NCBI GenBank assembly: GCA_034439715.1
Contig: JAWXAY010000053.1
Span: 1 to 60,874 of the forward strand
Source of the DNA: Pseudomonadota bacterium
GTDB lineage: Bacteria > Bdellovibrionota > Bdellovibrionia > Bdellovibrionales > SG-bin7
Length of the DNA stretch: 60,874 bases
Direction: 5' to 3'
Positions 29,495 to 39,288 of this stretch are shown here, piece by piece; the stretch's first letter is position 1; every line of letters starts with the position of its first letter. Position numbers and translations under genes: made by a program. The notes under the pieces were generated by a model, which saw nothing but the letters and a program-made list of their open reading frames with translations, searched no databases and was not told the DNA's origin.

Positions 29495-30313
29495 ATCAAT
29501 CTTATGCACAGACACCATGTTGCCATTAACAGTTACACGCACATAGTGTTTGTCATTGCCAGGATCTAAAACCGTGTTAATGCCCCCTGTGACAATATAG
29601 TTGGTAAAGCCCAATTGTTTGGCGCGGTAACCATGATAATGGCCCGCAAACATAATGTTCACCTGGTATTTATTTAACATGTTTTTTAAAATAGCGGCTT
29701 CTTCTTCACTAGCCATTTTATTAAGTGTATCAAAGTCAGCTGAAATTGCCGGATAGTGACTCACCACAATCTTAATGGGTTGAGTGGTATTTTCTAAATC
29801 AGACTTTAACCAATTTAATTGCGGCTCCCCTAACACGCCATTGCCAGTATCTATCATAGAAAAGTGCACGTTATCGGCATCAAACGAATAAATACTTCGC
29901 CCTAAAAACTTTGAGTAGCTCTTCCATCCATCAAAATAAAGATCATGATTGCCAATTACCGCACGAAAAGCCATACCCAAATCGCTAAACACTTTCATAA
30001 ATTCTGCAAATTCTTCTTCTTTCCCAAAATTTGTGACATCGCCCGCAAGTACAACAAAGGCGTCGCCCGCGGCCTGCGAGTGTTGGGCCGCGCTTGGCAA
30101 TACCCTGCCCCACGAGACCCCAGTATGCGAGTCGCCCATGACCGCAAAGCTAAAGGCGTCGGTACCTGCTGGGTCAATGTTTCCAGGATTAAAAAGTGTA
30201 CCGTTCATATTATCTTTAAAGCGATCCCTAATGCCGCCAAAATCAAAATTATTACAGGCGATGATGGCACCTATGAAAAGTAATAAGAGGGTGAGTACTT
30301 GAGTTCGCACCAA
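29489..30313 (-). CDS. Calcineurin-like metallophosphoesterase lipoprotein
   Basis: Lipobox IIAC; GDSH, AGD, GNHD, SH, GHYH motifs. Confidence 0.9.
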   Translation of the reverse strand: MVRTQVLTLLLLFIGAIIACNNFDFGGIRDRFKDNMNGTLFNPGNIDPAGTDAFSFAVMGDSHTGVSWGRVLPSAAQHSQAAGDAFVVLAGDVTNFGKEEEFAEFMKVFSDLGMAFRAVIGNHDLYFDGWKSYSKFLGRSIYSFDADNVHFSMIDTGNGVLGEPQLNWLKSDLENTTQPIKIVVSHYPAISADFDTLNKMASEEEAAILKNMLNKYQVNIMFAGHYHGYRAKQLGFTNYIVTGGINTVLDPGNDKHYVRVTVNGNMVSVHKIDL

Positions 30314-30553
30314 TAAAGCCTAAGGTTTGCTTTTTCAGAGGTCAATTATTGACTTCAGCTCATGCACTAAATAAATTTTTTGCATGAGTCACTTTTTTGC
30401 TTATCTTTCTCGCATGAAATTAATTTATCGCTGGGGTCTTTGGTCAAAAAAACCTAAAAATTGGTAAATCGACAAATTTTAGGTAGCCCATCGCTCAACC
30501 GCATTTGATTTGCCTTCACAATAATAATCAGACTAAGCCAATTTTTGAAGTAA

Positions 30554-32116
30554 TTACTTTACAGAATCAAAAATAAAATTTGGCTGAATTCGATCGATAA
30601 AAGTTATTGCGTTACCGCCAAAACCAGGAAAGAGTGAGCCTGCTTTACCTAAATAAGTGGATTCAGCCGAACTGGATTTCATACTTTGACGATATTTTTC
30701 AGCCAGATCTATTTCAGTGGCCTTTCCACCTGCAGAATTTGAGCCATATAGAGATCCCGCTGCAGCTAAAATTAAGTCCATGCGGATACCATTTTCGGTC
30801 GCTCCAAATCGTCCTAAATTTTTCATATTTAGCTCTGAGCCCGCAAAAGCCTGTCTGTTCATCTGATAACCAAGATTGGCAATATAAGCTGCTGAACGTG
30901 CGGCTTCGGCATCTGATCCATTCTTAATTAAATTTCTAGATAAATAGGCCGTCATCCAAAAATGATAACTCTTGCCGATGTCACAAGGAAAACCGACCCT
31001 CGCAGGCAGACTATACAGCGCACCTTTCTGTTGTTTCGATTTTTCGGTATCTAGTTTTGGTAATAATTCAGCTATCACCTGAAGGGCAAAGGCATTGGGG
31101 TTGTCATTAATATTTTTCAAATCCATCCTATTGCCAATTCCTTCACGGCTCCAACGTTTCGCGAAATTGGGACCCCCCGAAGCTAGTGCCGCCATAGCGT
31201 CCCACGTTTTGTTTTCAGCTTCTTGAGAGGTTAACCCCGCCTCTTCAAAAGAGCTTTTAATATCGTCAAATGCATTTGTTTCTGAAGAAAGGGCTGAGTT
31301 TTGCCTTTCTAGCATTTTGAGAGCAGCTCTTCTAAGTCCTTCAGTCGCTGCAGCATCTGTTAAGATTTTTTTTACAATTGGCGCCGCTGTTACCATTGAA
31401 GAGGTAAATGGCATCTCTTTTGATCCCATTCCCATGCTTACTGTTGCAGGGAGCTCTTTATATAAAACTGGTCTGGGAAAATTTTGATCGGCGACATAAC
31501 TTTGCACAGCCATAAGTGATTCGATGTGCGATAAATTGCCCATACATGTACTCGCAGATGAATTCGAGAACAGAGTGCACGCCCCGAATTGAAGGACAGA
31601 GGACGATGGTTTCCTGTCCTTGATGGGTTGATAATCTGGAGTATAGAGAAAATTATTCTGAAATGATTTAGAAAGTGCTGCCTTGAGATCTTTGTTAGAA
31701 GCCGGCTTGCAAGTTGGAAACCCTGTGGGAGTGCAGGTCACTAAAAAAGATGCACTGTTAGCTAATTCTTTAATAGCAGGATGGCCCGCCATTGAAAGAG
31801 CCCAGATATCGAGTTGGGAGCGCTCTTTTGTCTTTTCGGCTAAAAGCTGCGCAGCTCCTTTCTCATCACCCTTTGTCTTCATTTCATTGTAGGCGCGTTG
31901 AACGTCAGAAGAAAACTGCTGCGAAAACCGATCCATACGGTTCCATTGGCAAAAAGAAGAGAAGTCTTCTGTAGCATAATCAATTAATTTAATTTTTAAC
32001 TGAGATATGTGAAAAGCAATCAAAGGGCCAACGTTACTTAATTCACATTCCCGCTCTGCATAAGAAATGGAAAAAGATAGAAAAAGTGGAAAGGCAATTA
32101 AAACTCGATACTTCAC
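30554..32116 (-). CDS. Secreted hypothetical protein
   Basis: 520-aa ORF; signal peptide ending SYA; C-terminal D.GKSYHFWM.AYL segment. Confidence 0.75.
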   Translation of the reverse strand: MKYRVLIAFPLFLSFSISYAERECELSNVGPLIAFHISQLKIKLIDYATEDFSSFCQWNRMDRFSQQFSSDVQRAYNEMKTKGDEKGAAQLLAEKTKERSQLDIWALSMAGHPAIKELANSASFLVTCTPTGFPTCKPASNKDLKAALSKSFQNNFLYTPDYQPIKDRKPSSSVLQFGACTLFSNSSASTCMGNLSHIESLMAVQSYVADQNFPRPVLYKELPATVSMGMGSKEMPFTSSMVTAAPIVKKILTDAAATEGLRRAALKMLERQNSALSSETNAFDDIKSSFEEAGLTSQEAENKTWDAMAALASGGPNFAKRWSREGIGNRMDLKNINDNPNAFALQVIAELLPKLDTEKSKQQKGALYSLPARVGFPCDIGKSYHFWMTAYLSRNLIKNGSDAEAARSAAYIANLGYQMNRQAFAGSELNMKNLGRFGATENGIRMDLILAAAGSLYGSNSAGGKATEIDLAEKYRQSMKSSSAESTYLGKAGSLFPGFGGNAITFIDRIQPNFIFDSVK

Positions 32117-32122
32117 AGAAGC

Positions 32123-32150
32123 TTATCGGCTAAAACAGGGGCTCTATTTA
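32123..32150 (-). promoter_or_regulatory. Putative sigma28 (FliA) promoter; leaderless transcript predicted
   Basis: Minus strand TAAA-N16-GCCGATAA, then 6 nt, then the GTG start at 32116; no SD. Confidence 0.65.
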
Positions 32151-32289
32151 ATTTAGCCAAGGCCTCTTTCCAGGTGGATCTATGCCCACGGCTTATAAGA
32201 AGGACGACCCTACCTTAAGTCGAGTATTCTCAATTCTTATCCACTTCACTTTCAAAATAAATCACAATAGATTTTTAACCGAGGTATTT

Positions 32290-33525
32290 ATGAAATTATC
32301 AAAACTAGGTACATTTTTTTTAATAGCGGTGGCTCTCGTTGTTGGCGGAGTCGTTTTTCACAACTGCGCGCGCGCAAAGTTCATTAATCCTGACGTTCGC
32401 CATAGCGCTTTTGCATTGGGCTTATGTCGTCCCTGTAGTGATGAGAGCGGCTCAGGTGTTACTTGTAGGTCCGATCAAGTCAGCTCTTTTAATGCCTGCC
32501 TATTTGAAAGCTGCAATCCTGGGTTTGAATTGAAGGGAGCACGCTGTGTTCCTGTGGTATGTGTGGCAGGTGCCATTGCCGATTGCGCTATTGAACACGG
32601 TGAAGGGCGTATGACTTGTTTAGAGTCTGGTAATGTCTATGGCGCCTGTACTCCTATTTCTTGTGACAGCGGTTTTGAAATTCAAAATAATCTATGTGTG
32701 GCAACTGTTTCACCTCCCTCTGATCCCGAAGATCCGCCATCTGAAACACCTATCTGTACTCCCAACAGCCATCGTGATTGCAGTAATGAATCCACCTATG
32801 GCAGCGAAACCTGCAATGAATCTGGTTCGGAATACGCCGCCTGTGTACTTGCCGAATGTAAACCAGGCTATCATAAAGACGAAAGCAATATTTGTGTGGC
32901 GAACCTTTGTGACCCCAATACGTTAACCCCTTGTACAATGGGTGCAGGTTCAGGTTTTAAAATGTGTAATAGTATCGGCAGCAGTTGGGGCGTCTGTGAA
33001 CTCAATGGGTGCCAATCGGGCTATCTTTTAAAAAATGGAGTCTGTGTTGTACAGGTTTGTACTCCCGGCGAAGAATCGGTCTGTGAATTCCATAATGGTT
33101 CAGGATTAAAAACTTGCAACTCTGAAGGTCTAGATTACGGCGCCTGCGTGCTCTATGGCTGCCAACATGGCTACGGAGCTGAAAACGGAAGGTGTATTGA
33201 GCACATTTGTACACCTAGCTCGCAGGCAACTTGCCAAGGCGAGAGTGGGAGCGGTCAGAAGTATTGCTATGAAAATGGCAAAGGTTTCGGCCCTTGTACA
33301 TTAAGGACCTGTGACCCCGGCTTTAAACTTAAAAACGGTCAATGTGTTGTCGAAGCTCATTGTGATGCTGGTGAGACACTGGCCTGTACCGAACAAAATG
33401 GTTCGGGCTTAAGAACTTGCAACACCAGTAGCAATCGCCTTGGTCCCTGCGTCGTCAATCAATGTAATGCGGGTTATGAATTAGTCAATCAGGGTGGGTC
33501 GAGCGCTTGTAAGAAAACAAAGTAG
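32290..33525 (+). CDS. Cysteine-rich repeat lipoprotein (seven ~50-aa repeats with 6 Cys each)
   Basis: ATG 32290 after GAGG; VFHNC lipobox-like motif; repeat C..G....C....G.G...C...G...G.C....C..G(F/Y)......C. Confidence 0.85.
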   Translation: MKLSKLGTFFLIAVALVVGGVVFHNCARAKFINPDVRHSAFALGLCRPCSDESGSGVTCRSDQVSSFNACLFESCNPGFELKGARCVPVVCVAGAIADCAIEHGEGRMTCLESGNVYGACTPISCDSGFEIQNNLCVATVSPPSDPEDPPSETPICTPNSHRDCSNESTYGSETCNESGSEYAACVLAECKPGYHKDESNICVANLCDPNTLTPCTMGAGSGFKMCNSIGSSWGVCELNGCQSGYLLKNGVCVVQVCTPGEESVCEFHNGSGLKTCNSEGLDYGACVLYGCQHGYGAENGRCIEHICTPSSQATCQGESGSGQKYCYENGKGFGPCTLRTCDPGFKLKNGQCVVEAHCDAGETLACTEQNGSGLRTCNTSSNRLGPCVVNQCNAGYELVNQGGSSACKKTK

Positions 33526-33549
33526 TTATAATTAGAGAGGCAAATCTCC

Positions 33550-34869
33550 ATGAAATACACTTTAGTGCCGCTCTTCGCATTGTGTTTTTTAACACTGAAA
33601 GCGAGCGCGAACATCTGTGGAACGGATTACCAGAATTTTAATCCCACTACGAGTGGCTTAGACTTTGTCACGGTACAGTCCACAGAAACTTTGAAGCCCT
33701 GTATTATTAACATGGGTTTATTTCTGAATTTTTCGCGAGACAGCCTCACTTATAGCCAGGTGTTAAATAACAATTACCCCGCGGGACAAAAAAGAAAAGA
33801 CAAAACATTGGCTGCTGACTTAAGCGCGGGAGTGGGTATAACTGAAAACTGGGATTTTGGCATTAATATGCCCATTCTTTTAAATCAAACCGTCGCTAGC
33901 GATCACTACGTGTCCTCGTTTGATGATCAAGGTATTATGGAAATCAAAGCCAATACCAAGTATCGATTTTGGGGTGGCGAAAGTAGCGGGTTAGCCGCGG
34001 TTTTATCTATGAATAAAAATCTTGTCGAAGACAACCCATTTACCGGAACAGGCGGCGGACCAACGTGGAATTTTGAATTAAGCGCTGACACAACCTTTGC
34101 GACAAAATGGGCTGGGGCTGTCAATTTGGGGTATCGCTTGCGTGATCCCGGTGAACAGATCGTCGGCGTACCATTTGTGCCGCTTGAAGACCAATATATT
34201 TATTCATTGGCAGGTAGCTATTTGTTTTCAGAAATAGATACCAAACTTATTTTAGAACTTTACGGTAGTCGTGCCGTCAGACATGTTGCCTTTGACAGTG
34301 ATCGAAACCTAAACGCTCTCGAAGCATTAATCGGAATTAAACATGATTACTCAGAAAGTATAGCCCTGCATTTTGGAGGCACTCATCAGATTGGCGAATC
34401 TTTGGGGGGCGCTGAATGGCGTGTTTACGCAGGCCTCAATTGGGCTATCGGTCCATATTGTAAAACCAAAAATGATGTACTTGTTTCGTCCATAACTAAT
34501 CAGGCACCTAATATGCCCAAGATGGAAGAATTTACTTTAGATGTTGAACTCTTGTTTGGTATTAATCTGGATATAGTTGATCCTGAATCCTTTGATAAAT
34601 TAGATTCCCTTTTTAAAGAAATGTTCGCGCGTAAATATGATCGCATGGTCATTGAGGGGCATACCGACTCCATTGGAGACCCCGACTATAATATGAGTCT
34701 GAGTCAACGCCGAGCGCTTTATGTTCGACAAGAAATCATCGCACGCTTTAAAATTCCATCTGATAAAATTGCTATCGCTGGTTATGGCCAAACTCAGCCG
34801 ATTGCTGACAACGGTAACTATCAGGGCCGCAAAAAAAATCGCCGCGTGATGATTAAGGTGTGGCGCTAA
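33550..34869 (+). CDS. OmpA family protein (N-terminal beta-barrel plus C-terminal peptidoglycan-binding domain)
   Basis: IEGHTDS.G...YN.SLSQRRA, GYG.TQPIADN....GR.KNRRV; N-terminal QNFNPTTSGLDFVTV. Confidence 0.92.
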   Translation: MKYTLVPLFALCFLTLKASANICGTDYQNFNPTTSGLDFVTVQSTETLKPCIINMGLFLNFSRDSLTYSQVLNNNYPAGQKRKDKTLAADLSAGVGITENWDFGINMPILLNQTVASDHYVSSFDDQGIMEIKANTKYRFWGGESSGLAAVLSMNKNLVEDNPFTGTGGGPTWNFELSADTTFATKWAGAVNLGYRLRDPGEQIVGVPFVPLEDQYIYSLAGSYLFSEIDTKLILELYGSRAVRHVAFDSDRNLNALEALIGIKHDYSESIALHFGGTHQIGESLGGAEWRVYAGLNWAIGPYCKTKNDVLVSSITNQAPNMPKMEEFTLDVELLFGINLDIVDPESFDKLDSLFKEMFARKYDRMVIEGHTDSIGDPDYNMSLSQRRALYVRQEIIARFKIPSDKIAIAGYGQTQPIADNGNYQGRKKNRRVMIKVWR

Positions 34870-34927
34870 TCGTGCATTGTCTCGGTTATTGGCGATGATG
34901 CTATTCTTAACAGAGACGGAATTGAGT

Positions 34928-34978
34928 TCGGCTTTACATTGAATTCTGTGTCTCGAGGGTCACGGTGCCCTTAGCTCG
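34928..34978. repeat. 51-bp perfect direct repeat, copy 1 (orphan copy of a gene 3' end)
   Basis: TCGGCTTTACATTGAATTCTGTGTCTCGAGGGTCACGGTGCCCTTAGCTCG, identical to 39289-39339. Confidence 0.95.
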
Positions 34979-35046
34979 GAATTTACTTGTCTAAGCCTGG
35001 GCCTATGCCTACTCTGGAAGTGGAATCTAACAAAAGGGAGTATTGA

Positions 35047-35514
35047 GTGACAAAAATACTTTGGTTTTCGGCATTTCTTTTCCTTTCCCTAACCACGTTC
35101 GCTCAGTTGGCGACCATTAATATTGTGCCAGGTAAATCTTTTGGAGACGTTAACATTGGTGAGAAACGCATCAATCTCAATAAACGAGGTTTTGTCCGCG
35201 ATCAAGCTCGCCGATCAGAATCCTACCTACGGAAAGGGAATTTTCTTTTACGTATGGAAAATGATTCCGTAGTACAAATTTGGCTAGACGGCGATTCTTT
35301 CGAAAATCTACGATTCGAAGGAAAAAAATTTCCTAGCGTTTTGGATTTGAAAACATTAAAAACCTATTTTAAAGATTGCGGGCCTGAAATAAAGAGTAGT
35401 GGTGGAACTATTGTCTACTGCGAAAACAAAGGCGTTGAACTGACCTTTTCTTATTTCAGCCCAAATCCATTCGGGTTTTCCGTAATCAATCCGGAAAAAT
35501 CACTGAAAGAATAG
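35047..35514 (+). CDS. Secreted hypothetical protein
   Basis: SD GGGAG; signal peptide ending TFA; IVPGKSFGDVNIG N-terminal motif. Confidence 0.75.
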   Translation: MTKILWFSAFLFLSLTTFAQLATINIVPGKSFGDVNIGEKRINLNKRGFVRDQARRSESYLRKGNFLLRMENDSVVQIWLDGDSFENLRFEGKKFPSVLDLKTLKTYFKDCGPEIKSSGGTIVYCENKGVELTFSYFSPNPFGFSVINPEKSLKE

Positions 35515-35558
35515 ACATGATTAGTGAATTCGACATTTGATTCGATACTTACAAAAGG

Positions 35559-35897
35559 TCACTCCATACACTGGTCAACGTCGAAGAGCTTTGCCTTGGG
35601 ATCACTGAGTTTGCTTTTATAAAGCACATACATTTTATCGACATTCGCCCATTGATCTGAAATATTAGAGGTCCCCTTAGAATCGTAGCCGCGGCTGTAT
35701 TTGTTGACTTGAACTTGACCTAAATAAGCATCACCTTCGCCACCACATATTTTTACATTTTTCTTCTCAGAAAAAACTATACGAAAATCTTTAGCAATTA
35801 CTTTGCTTCCCAATGAATCTAATTGTTTTAAATGATTTTTATCAACAGGGGCGGAATTGGCAGTATTGAGAATAAGCAGGGCAATAATTAATTTCAT
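35559..35897 (-). CDS. Small secreted hypothetical protein
   Basis: MKLIIALLIL signal peptide from ATG 35897; two Cys. Confidence 0.65.
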   Translation of the reverse strand: MKLIIALLILNTANSAPVDKNHLKQLDSLGSKVIAKDFRIVFSEKKNVKICGGEGDAYLGQVQVNKYSRGYDSKGTSNISDQWANVDKMYVLYKSKLSDPKAKLFDVDQCME

Positions 35898-36029
35898 GAT
35901 TCTAAGTCTACACTGAGATGGAACTCCGATACAAACGAAAATAAGGCAACGAAGGTACTTGTCAAACTCTTTGATCACGAAATCCGGGAGTGGGTAGCCG
36001 GTATCCTGTTCCATTTTCTCTTGATGCAA

Positions 36030-36521
36030 TTAATAGACGTCGTTAATAGCAGCTCCAGAAAATTCGAATGTTAAAATTTCACCTTCGTAACTGAGAAATG
36101 TCACCCTTAAGGCACCTTGATCCAATTTCTCAAAGCTTTGTTTCAAAGTCGTTAACTCAGGGCTGCTCTTCTTGTCTACATCATTTCCGCTTGCAATAAA
36201 TGCGAAAAGCAGATGCTTCCTAAATCTACTTTGCCTTTTGTCTTGAGGTTTTGTAGTAACGGTTTTCTCATTTTTTAATGGTGGCGGAGGCGGTGGTTTA
36301 AGCTCGGGCTCTTGACCTTCACCCATAAGTTCAAGGTTGCTTGCACCGAGTTCGATCGCTCGATCAATTAAACCCGCTCTAGATCGGCCAGAGGAAAATT
36401 CTGCCATTAGCTTTTGTTTAGGATTCAAATTGACCTCGGTTGAAATATTTTTGAAGATTTGCATTCCTGCAAATACTATTGCTATAAAAAAGACAAGACC
36501 CAAGACCTTAAGATTTTTCAT
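36030..36521 (-). CDS. Membrane-anchored hypothetical protein with poly-Pro linker
   Basis: N-terminal hydrophobic helix; KPPPPPPLK. Confidence 0.65.
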   Translation of the reverse strand: MKNLKVLGLVFFIAIVFAGMQIFKNISTEVNLNPKQKLMAEFSSGRSRAGLIDRAIELGASNLELMGEGQEPELKPPPPPPLKNEKTVTTKPQDKRQSRFRKHLLFAFIASGNDVDKKSSPELTTLKQSFEKLDQGALRVTFLSYEGEILTFEFSGAAINDVY

Positions 36522-37020
36522 ACTAGAATGATAAATACAAAAATAGTTAAATTCAATGACAACTTCCGATCGCGATAACCAACCTGATCGGGTTCTATAA
36601 GTGGGTCAATTTCAAATTTTTTTAGAACTCGATATATAATTGATTTCATTCCCTGAAGTATCGCAATTTGATCTTTCCATTCGTTGATTCTAGCTTCTGC
36701 AAAAAATAATGAGTAAATGCTATAGGGTGCGAGTCCCAGGCATCGATAAAATCTTTTAAGCAAAGGATCTTCAATATGTTCTGTAGCATCTATGTCAGTT
36801 TGTCTATCCGCACTTGGATCCATCTTTAATATCCAAGCGTCAACCGGTGTAGGAAATAAAACATTTAAATTGGGTTATTTTTTTCCACCATATGCACGTA
36901 GTGAGATTCCTGAGCCATATCCTTAACTGTGATGCTTTCAGTGAAACTACTTTCAGACATCCACGCCTCCCGAGCAAAAGCGACTATAAGTATAAAAATG
37001 AACTTGAGATAGTATTTAAT
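36518..37020 (-). pseudogene. Possible degraded gene remnant(s)
   Basis: Signal-peptide-like frame IKYYLKFIFILIVAFA... starting at ATT after AGGA stops after about 50 codons; a 101-aa ORF (36518-36823) follows in another frame. Confidence 0.3.
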
Positions 37021-37077
37021 TAAATTCCTATCGGCCCCATGAACGAAAGTTTTTTAAAAGACTTCATTTCAACGCGT

Positions 37078-37485
37078 TTATTTGTCTAGTACGTCAGTTA
37101 TCATTTTAAGGCTAACATAAGACTGGCCATTAGTAATGGCAGTACCTTTGCCACTTGCAAATTTAAAGAGTGGACCTTCTTTGCCGAATACGATTTCAAG
37201 CGTTTTCATTTTGCATAATGCTTTTTTCGATTCCGCATCGGTACAGTATCCAGCAACATTTTCAATCATATTTTCGGCAATGTATTTTGCGTTAATAAGG
37301 TCATCGTTCGAAGCAAATGAATCTGCTTTGACGTCAATTTTTAGAGCACAGGCGCAGGCTTTTTTGTATGCGTCCTGAGCTTGAGCAATTTTAGGCATAA
37401 TGTCCGTTTTCATATATTCACGTTGTTCTTTGCCAGCAAAGGCCGTTGCCGATAACAATAAGGTCAAACTGATAATTAATTTCAT
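37078..37485 (-). CDS. Small secreted hypothetical protein
   Basis: SD AAGGAG; signal peptide ending AFA; four Cys. Confidence 0.8.
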   Translation of the reverse strand: MKLIISLTLLLSATAFAGKEQREYMKTDIMPKIAQAQDAYKKACACALKIDVKADSFASNDDLINAKYIAENMIENVAGYCTDAESKKALCKMKTLEIVFGKEGPLFKFASGKGTAITNGQSYVSLKMITDVLDK

Positions 37486-37699
37486 AGATCACTCCTTCTA
37501 AGTAAAATTAAAAAATATTAATGTTTTCCATATACTGCATTCTGATTACGTTGCTCTGTTTAGATTTTTTTGTCAAATATTGAGATTGTAGCCAAAATTG
37601 CATGCACTTCAGGACGATAGTCGTAAAGCAGAAACTACTAACATTGCGCTAATTCATTTCACATGTAATCTTTGTTTAACAATTAATTCGGGAGGAATG

Positions 37700-38002
37700 A
37701 TGAATCGGATATTTAGTTTATTATTACTAGGCATGATGAGTTTTGGAATGTCTACGGCATTGGCAGCAAAAAAAACTATGCTCAATGTGAATGTTAATAA
37801 TATTTCTGCCGCTTTAAAGGGTTTAAAAGATAAAAAGGTTTCACTTCTTTTGCATGGTGGCGGAAATGTCTCTGGCGGAATCAGTGATGCCAGTGCCAGC
37901 TGGGTTCATCTTATTCCAACGACACCGCAAGAAGGTCAGGAAGTATTGATTTCAACGTCGGCAATAGCTGGAGTTATTTATCATGCGGGACCAAACGATT
38001 AA
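37700..38002 (+). CDS. Small secreted protein, possible Sm/LSm-like fold
   Basis: SD GGAGG; signal peptide ending ALA; L..LKDKKVSLLLHGG..VSG.I......VHL.......EVLI..SAI. Confidence 0.7.
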   Translation: MNRIFSLLLLGMMSFGMSTALAAKKTMLNVNVNNISAALKGLKDKKVSLLLHGGGNVSGGISDASASWVHLIPTTPQEGQEVLISTSAIAGVIYHAGPND

Positions 38003-38279
38003 AATATTTTTTTTCGCAATATCCATTTTTTGTCAACAGTAGGTATGGCAATGCAGATGCTGTTTTAGCTTTTATAATCCTGCCCTGGCTACCTTTTCGG
38101 CGCTTTTCCAAACGAATAAACCCTAAAATCATTCCTTTGATAACCAGGGACATGAACTGAGTTGGGACTATATTAGTCTAACTGACTAAGTCTTTTACAG
38201 AGCAAGTCTACCCCTTCTCATATAATAGAGTTCACCTTGGCAGAGTAAATGTAAATACCTCTTGCTATAGGAGAATTCC

Positions 38280-38708
38280 ATGCATTTTTTTAAAACGTTT
38301 TTCATTTTAGTATGCCTTTTGTCAGTCTCTGGCTCTGCATTAGCTGATATTCGATTATATACTTGTCGGTTTGGTAGCTCTGTTGTGAAGTTGTCCGTTG
38401 ATTCAAGTAATTTGAAAAATCTCGATCTAGAAGCCAGCATACGCCCTGATGTCCAACTTGGAATATCAAATTCAGATATTCAAAATATTTCATTTGCACT
38501 TGGTGAATTAGATGTTGAGGACTCTAGAATTGTAGGAAGCACTGTTCTCTTAAATTTTAAATCTGGAAGTGCTGAGGCCATTCAGATCATTCAACTTCTT
38601 CCCGGAATGCCATATCAAATGATGATTTCCCCTGCGGCTGATGTTATCGAAGCCCAAAATCCTGGAATAAAAGTTAGCGCCGGTATGTGGCCTTATGAAT
38701 GCAACTAA
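38280..38708 (+). CDS. Small secreted hypothetical protein
   Basis: SD AGGAG; signal peptide ending ALA; N- and C-terminal Cys pair. Confidence 0.75.
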   Translation: MHFFKTFFILVCLLSVSGSALADIRLYTCRFGSSVVKLSVDSSNLKNLDLEASIRPDVQLGISNSDIQNISFALGELDVEDSRIVGSTVLLNFKSGSAEAIQIIQLLPGMPYQMMISPAADVIEAQNPGIKVSAGMWPYECN

Positions 38709-38746
38709 ATCCACTTCAAAAATTGTCTAAAGCTGGGTAGTTTCGC

Positions 38747-38775
38747 GAAGGCAAACCAAAATGCGGCTTGCCTTC
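38747..38775 (+). terminator. Intergenic hairpin
   Basis: GAAGGCAA...TTGCCTTC 8-bp stem downstream of 38708. Confidence 0.35.
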
Positions 38776-38859
38776 TGACCTTCAAAAGCGTGCGATTTAG
38801 GATGAGTCCTTTAAGAAAGGCCAATTGACAGTATTGTTTATTTTTGATGTCATAAGAGA

Positions 38860-39267
38860 ATGAAATCAATTTTATCACTTTTGTGTTGCATTAGTTTTTT
38901 TTGTGACTCTGGGCATACGAAGGAAAATCAGTTGCCTGCACTGAAAAAAATAAATGATACCACAACTATCATCAGTCTATTCGATAAGAACAAGATCGTG
39001 GCAGGTGGCAAAGAATGGGACGCACTGAAATACTGTAATGAAGAAACTATTTCGAACCCCGATCAGCTTGAAGCTTTTTCTCTAAATGATCAGGAGGATG
39101 AATTGGTGATCCTATGCAGTGGCACGCTGGACGGTGAAGAAAATGTGGTATCTATTTTCTCCAAAAAGGGGTCGCCCAAAACAAAAAGACTAAGGCCCGT
39201 CAAAAGTTCGAGCCGAATCAGCGATAAGACGTTAATAAAAGCCGTCGAAGAATTACTTAAAAAGTAA
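38860..39267 (+). CDS. Small secreted hypothetical protein
   Basis: 135-aa ORF with hydrophobic N-terminus; TTGACA upstream. Confidence 0.7.
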   Translation: MKSILSLLCCISFFCDSGHTKENQLPALKKINDTTTIISLFDKNKIVAGGKEWDALKYCNEETISNPDQLEAFSLNDQEDELVILCSGTLDGEENVVSIFSKKGSPKTKRLRPVKSSSRISDKTLIKAVEELLKK

Positions 39268-39288
39268 ACTCTGAAGCACAAACTTCGA

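Noticed and set aside
34879..34917. Imperfect hairpin GTCTCGGTTA...TAACAGAGAC as an integron attC
   Set aside because: GTT and AAC are in the wrong order for attC, it is not repeated between other genes, and there is no integrase; probably a terminator-like hairpin
38221..38232. TATAATAGAGTT matching the left part of the TIGR02147 operator region
   Set aside because: Half-site only and includes a generic -10 box; plausible by chance in AT-rich DNA
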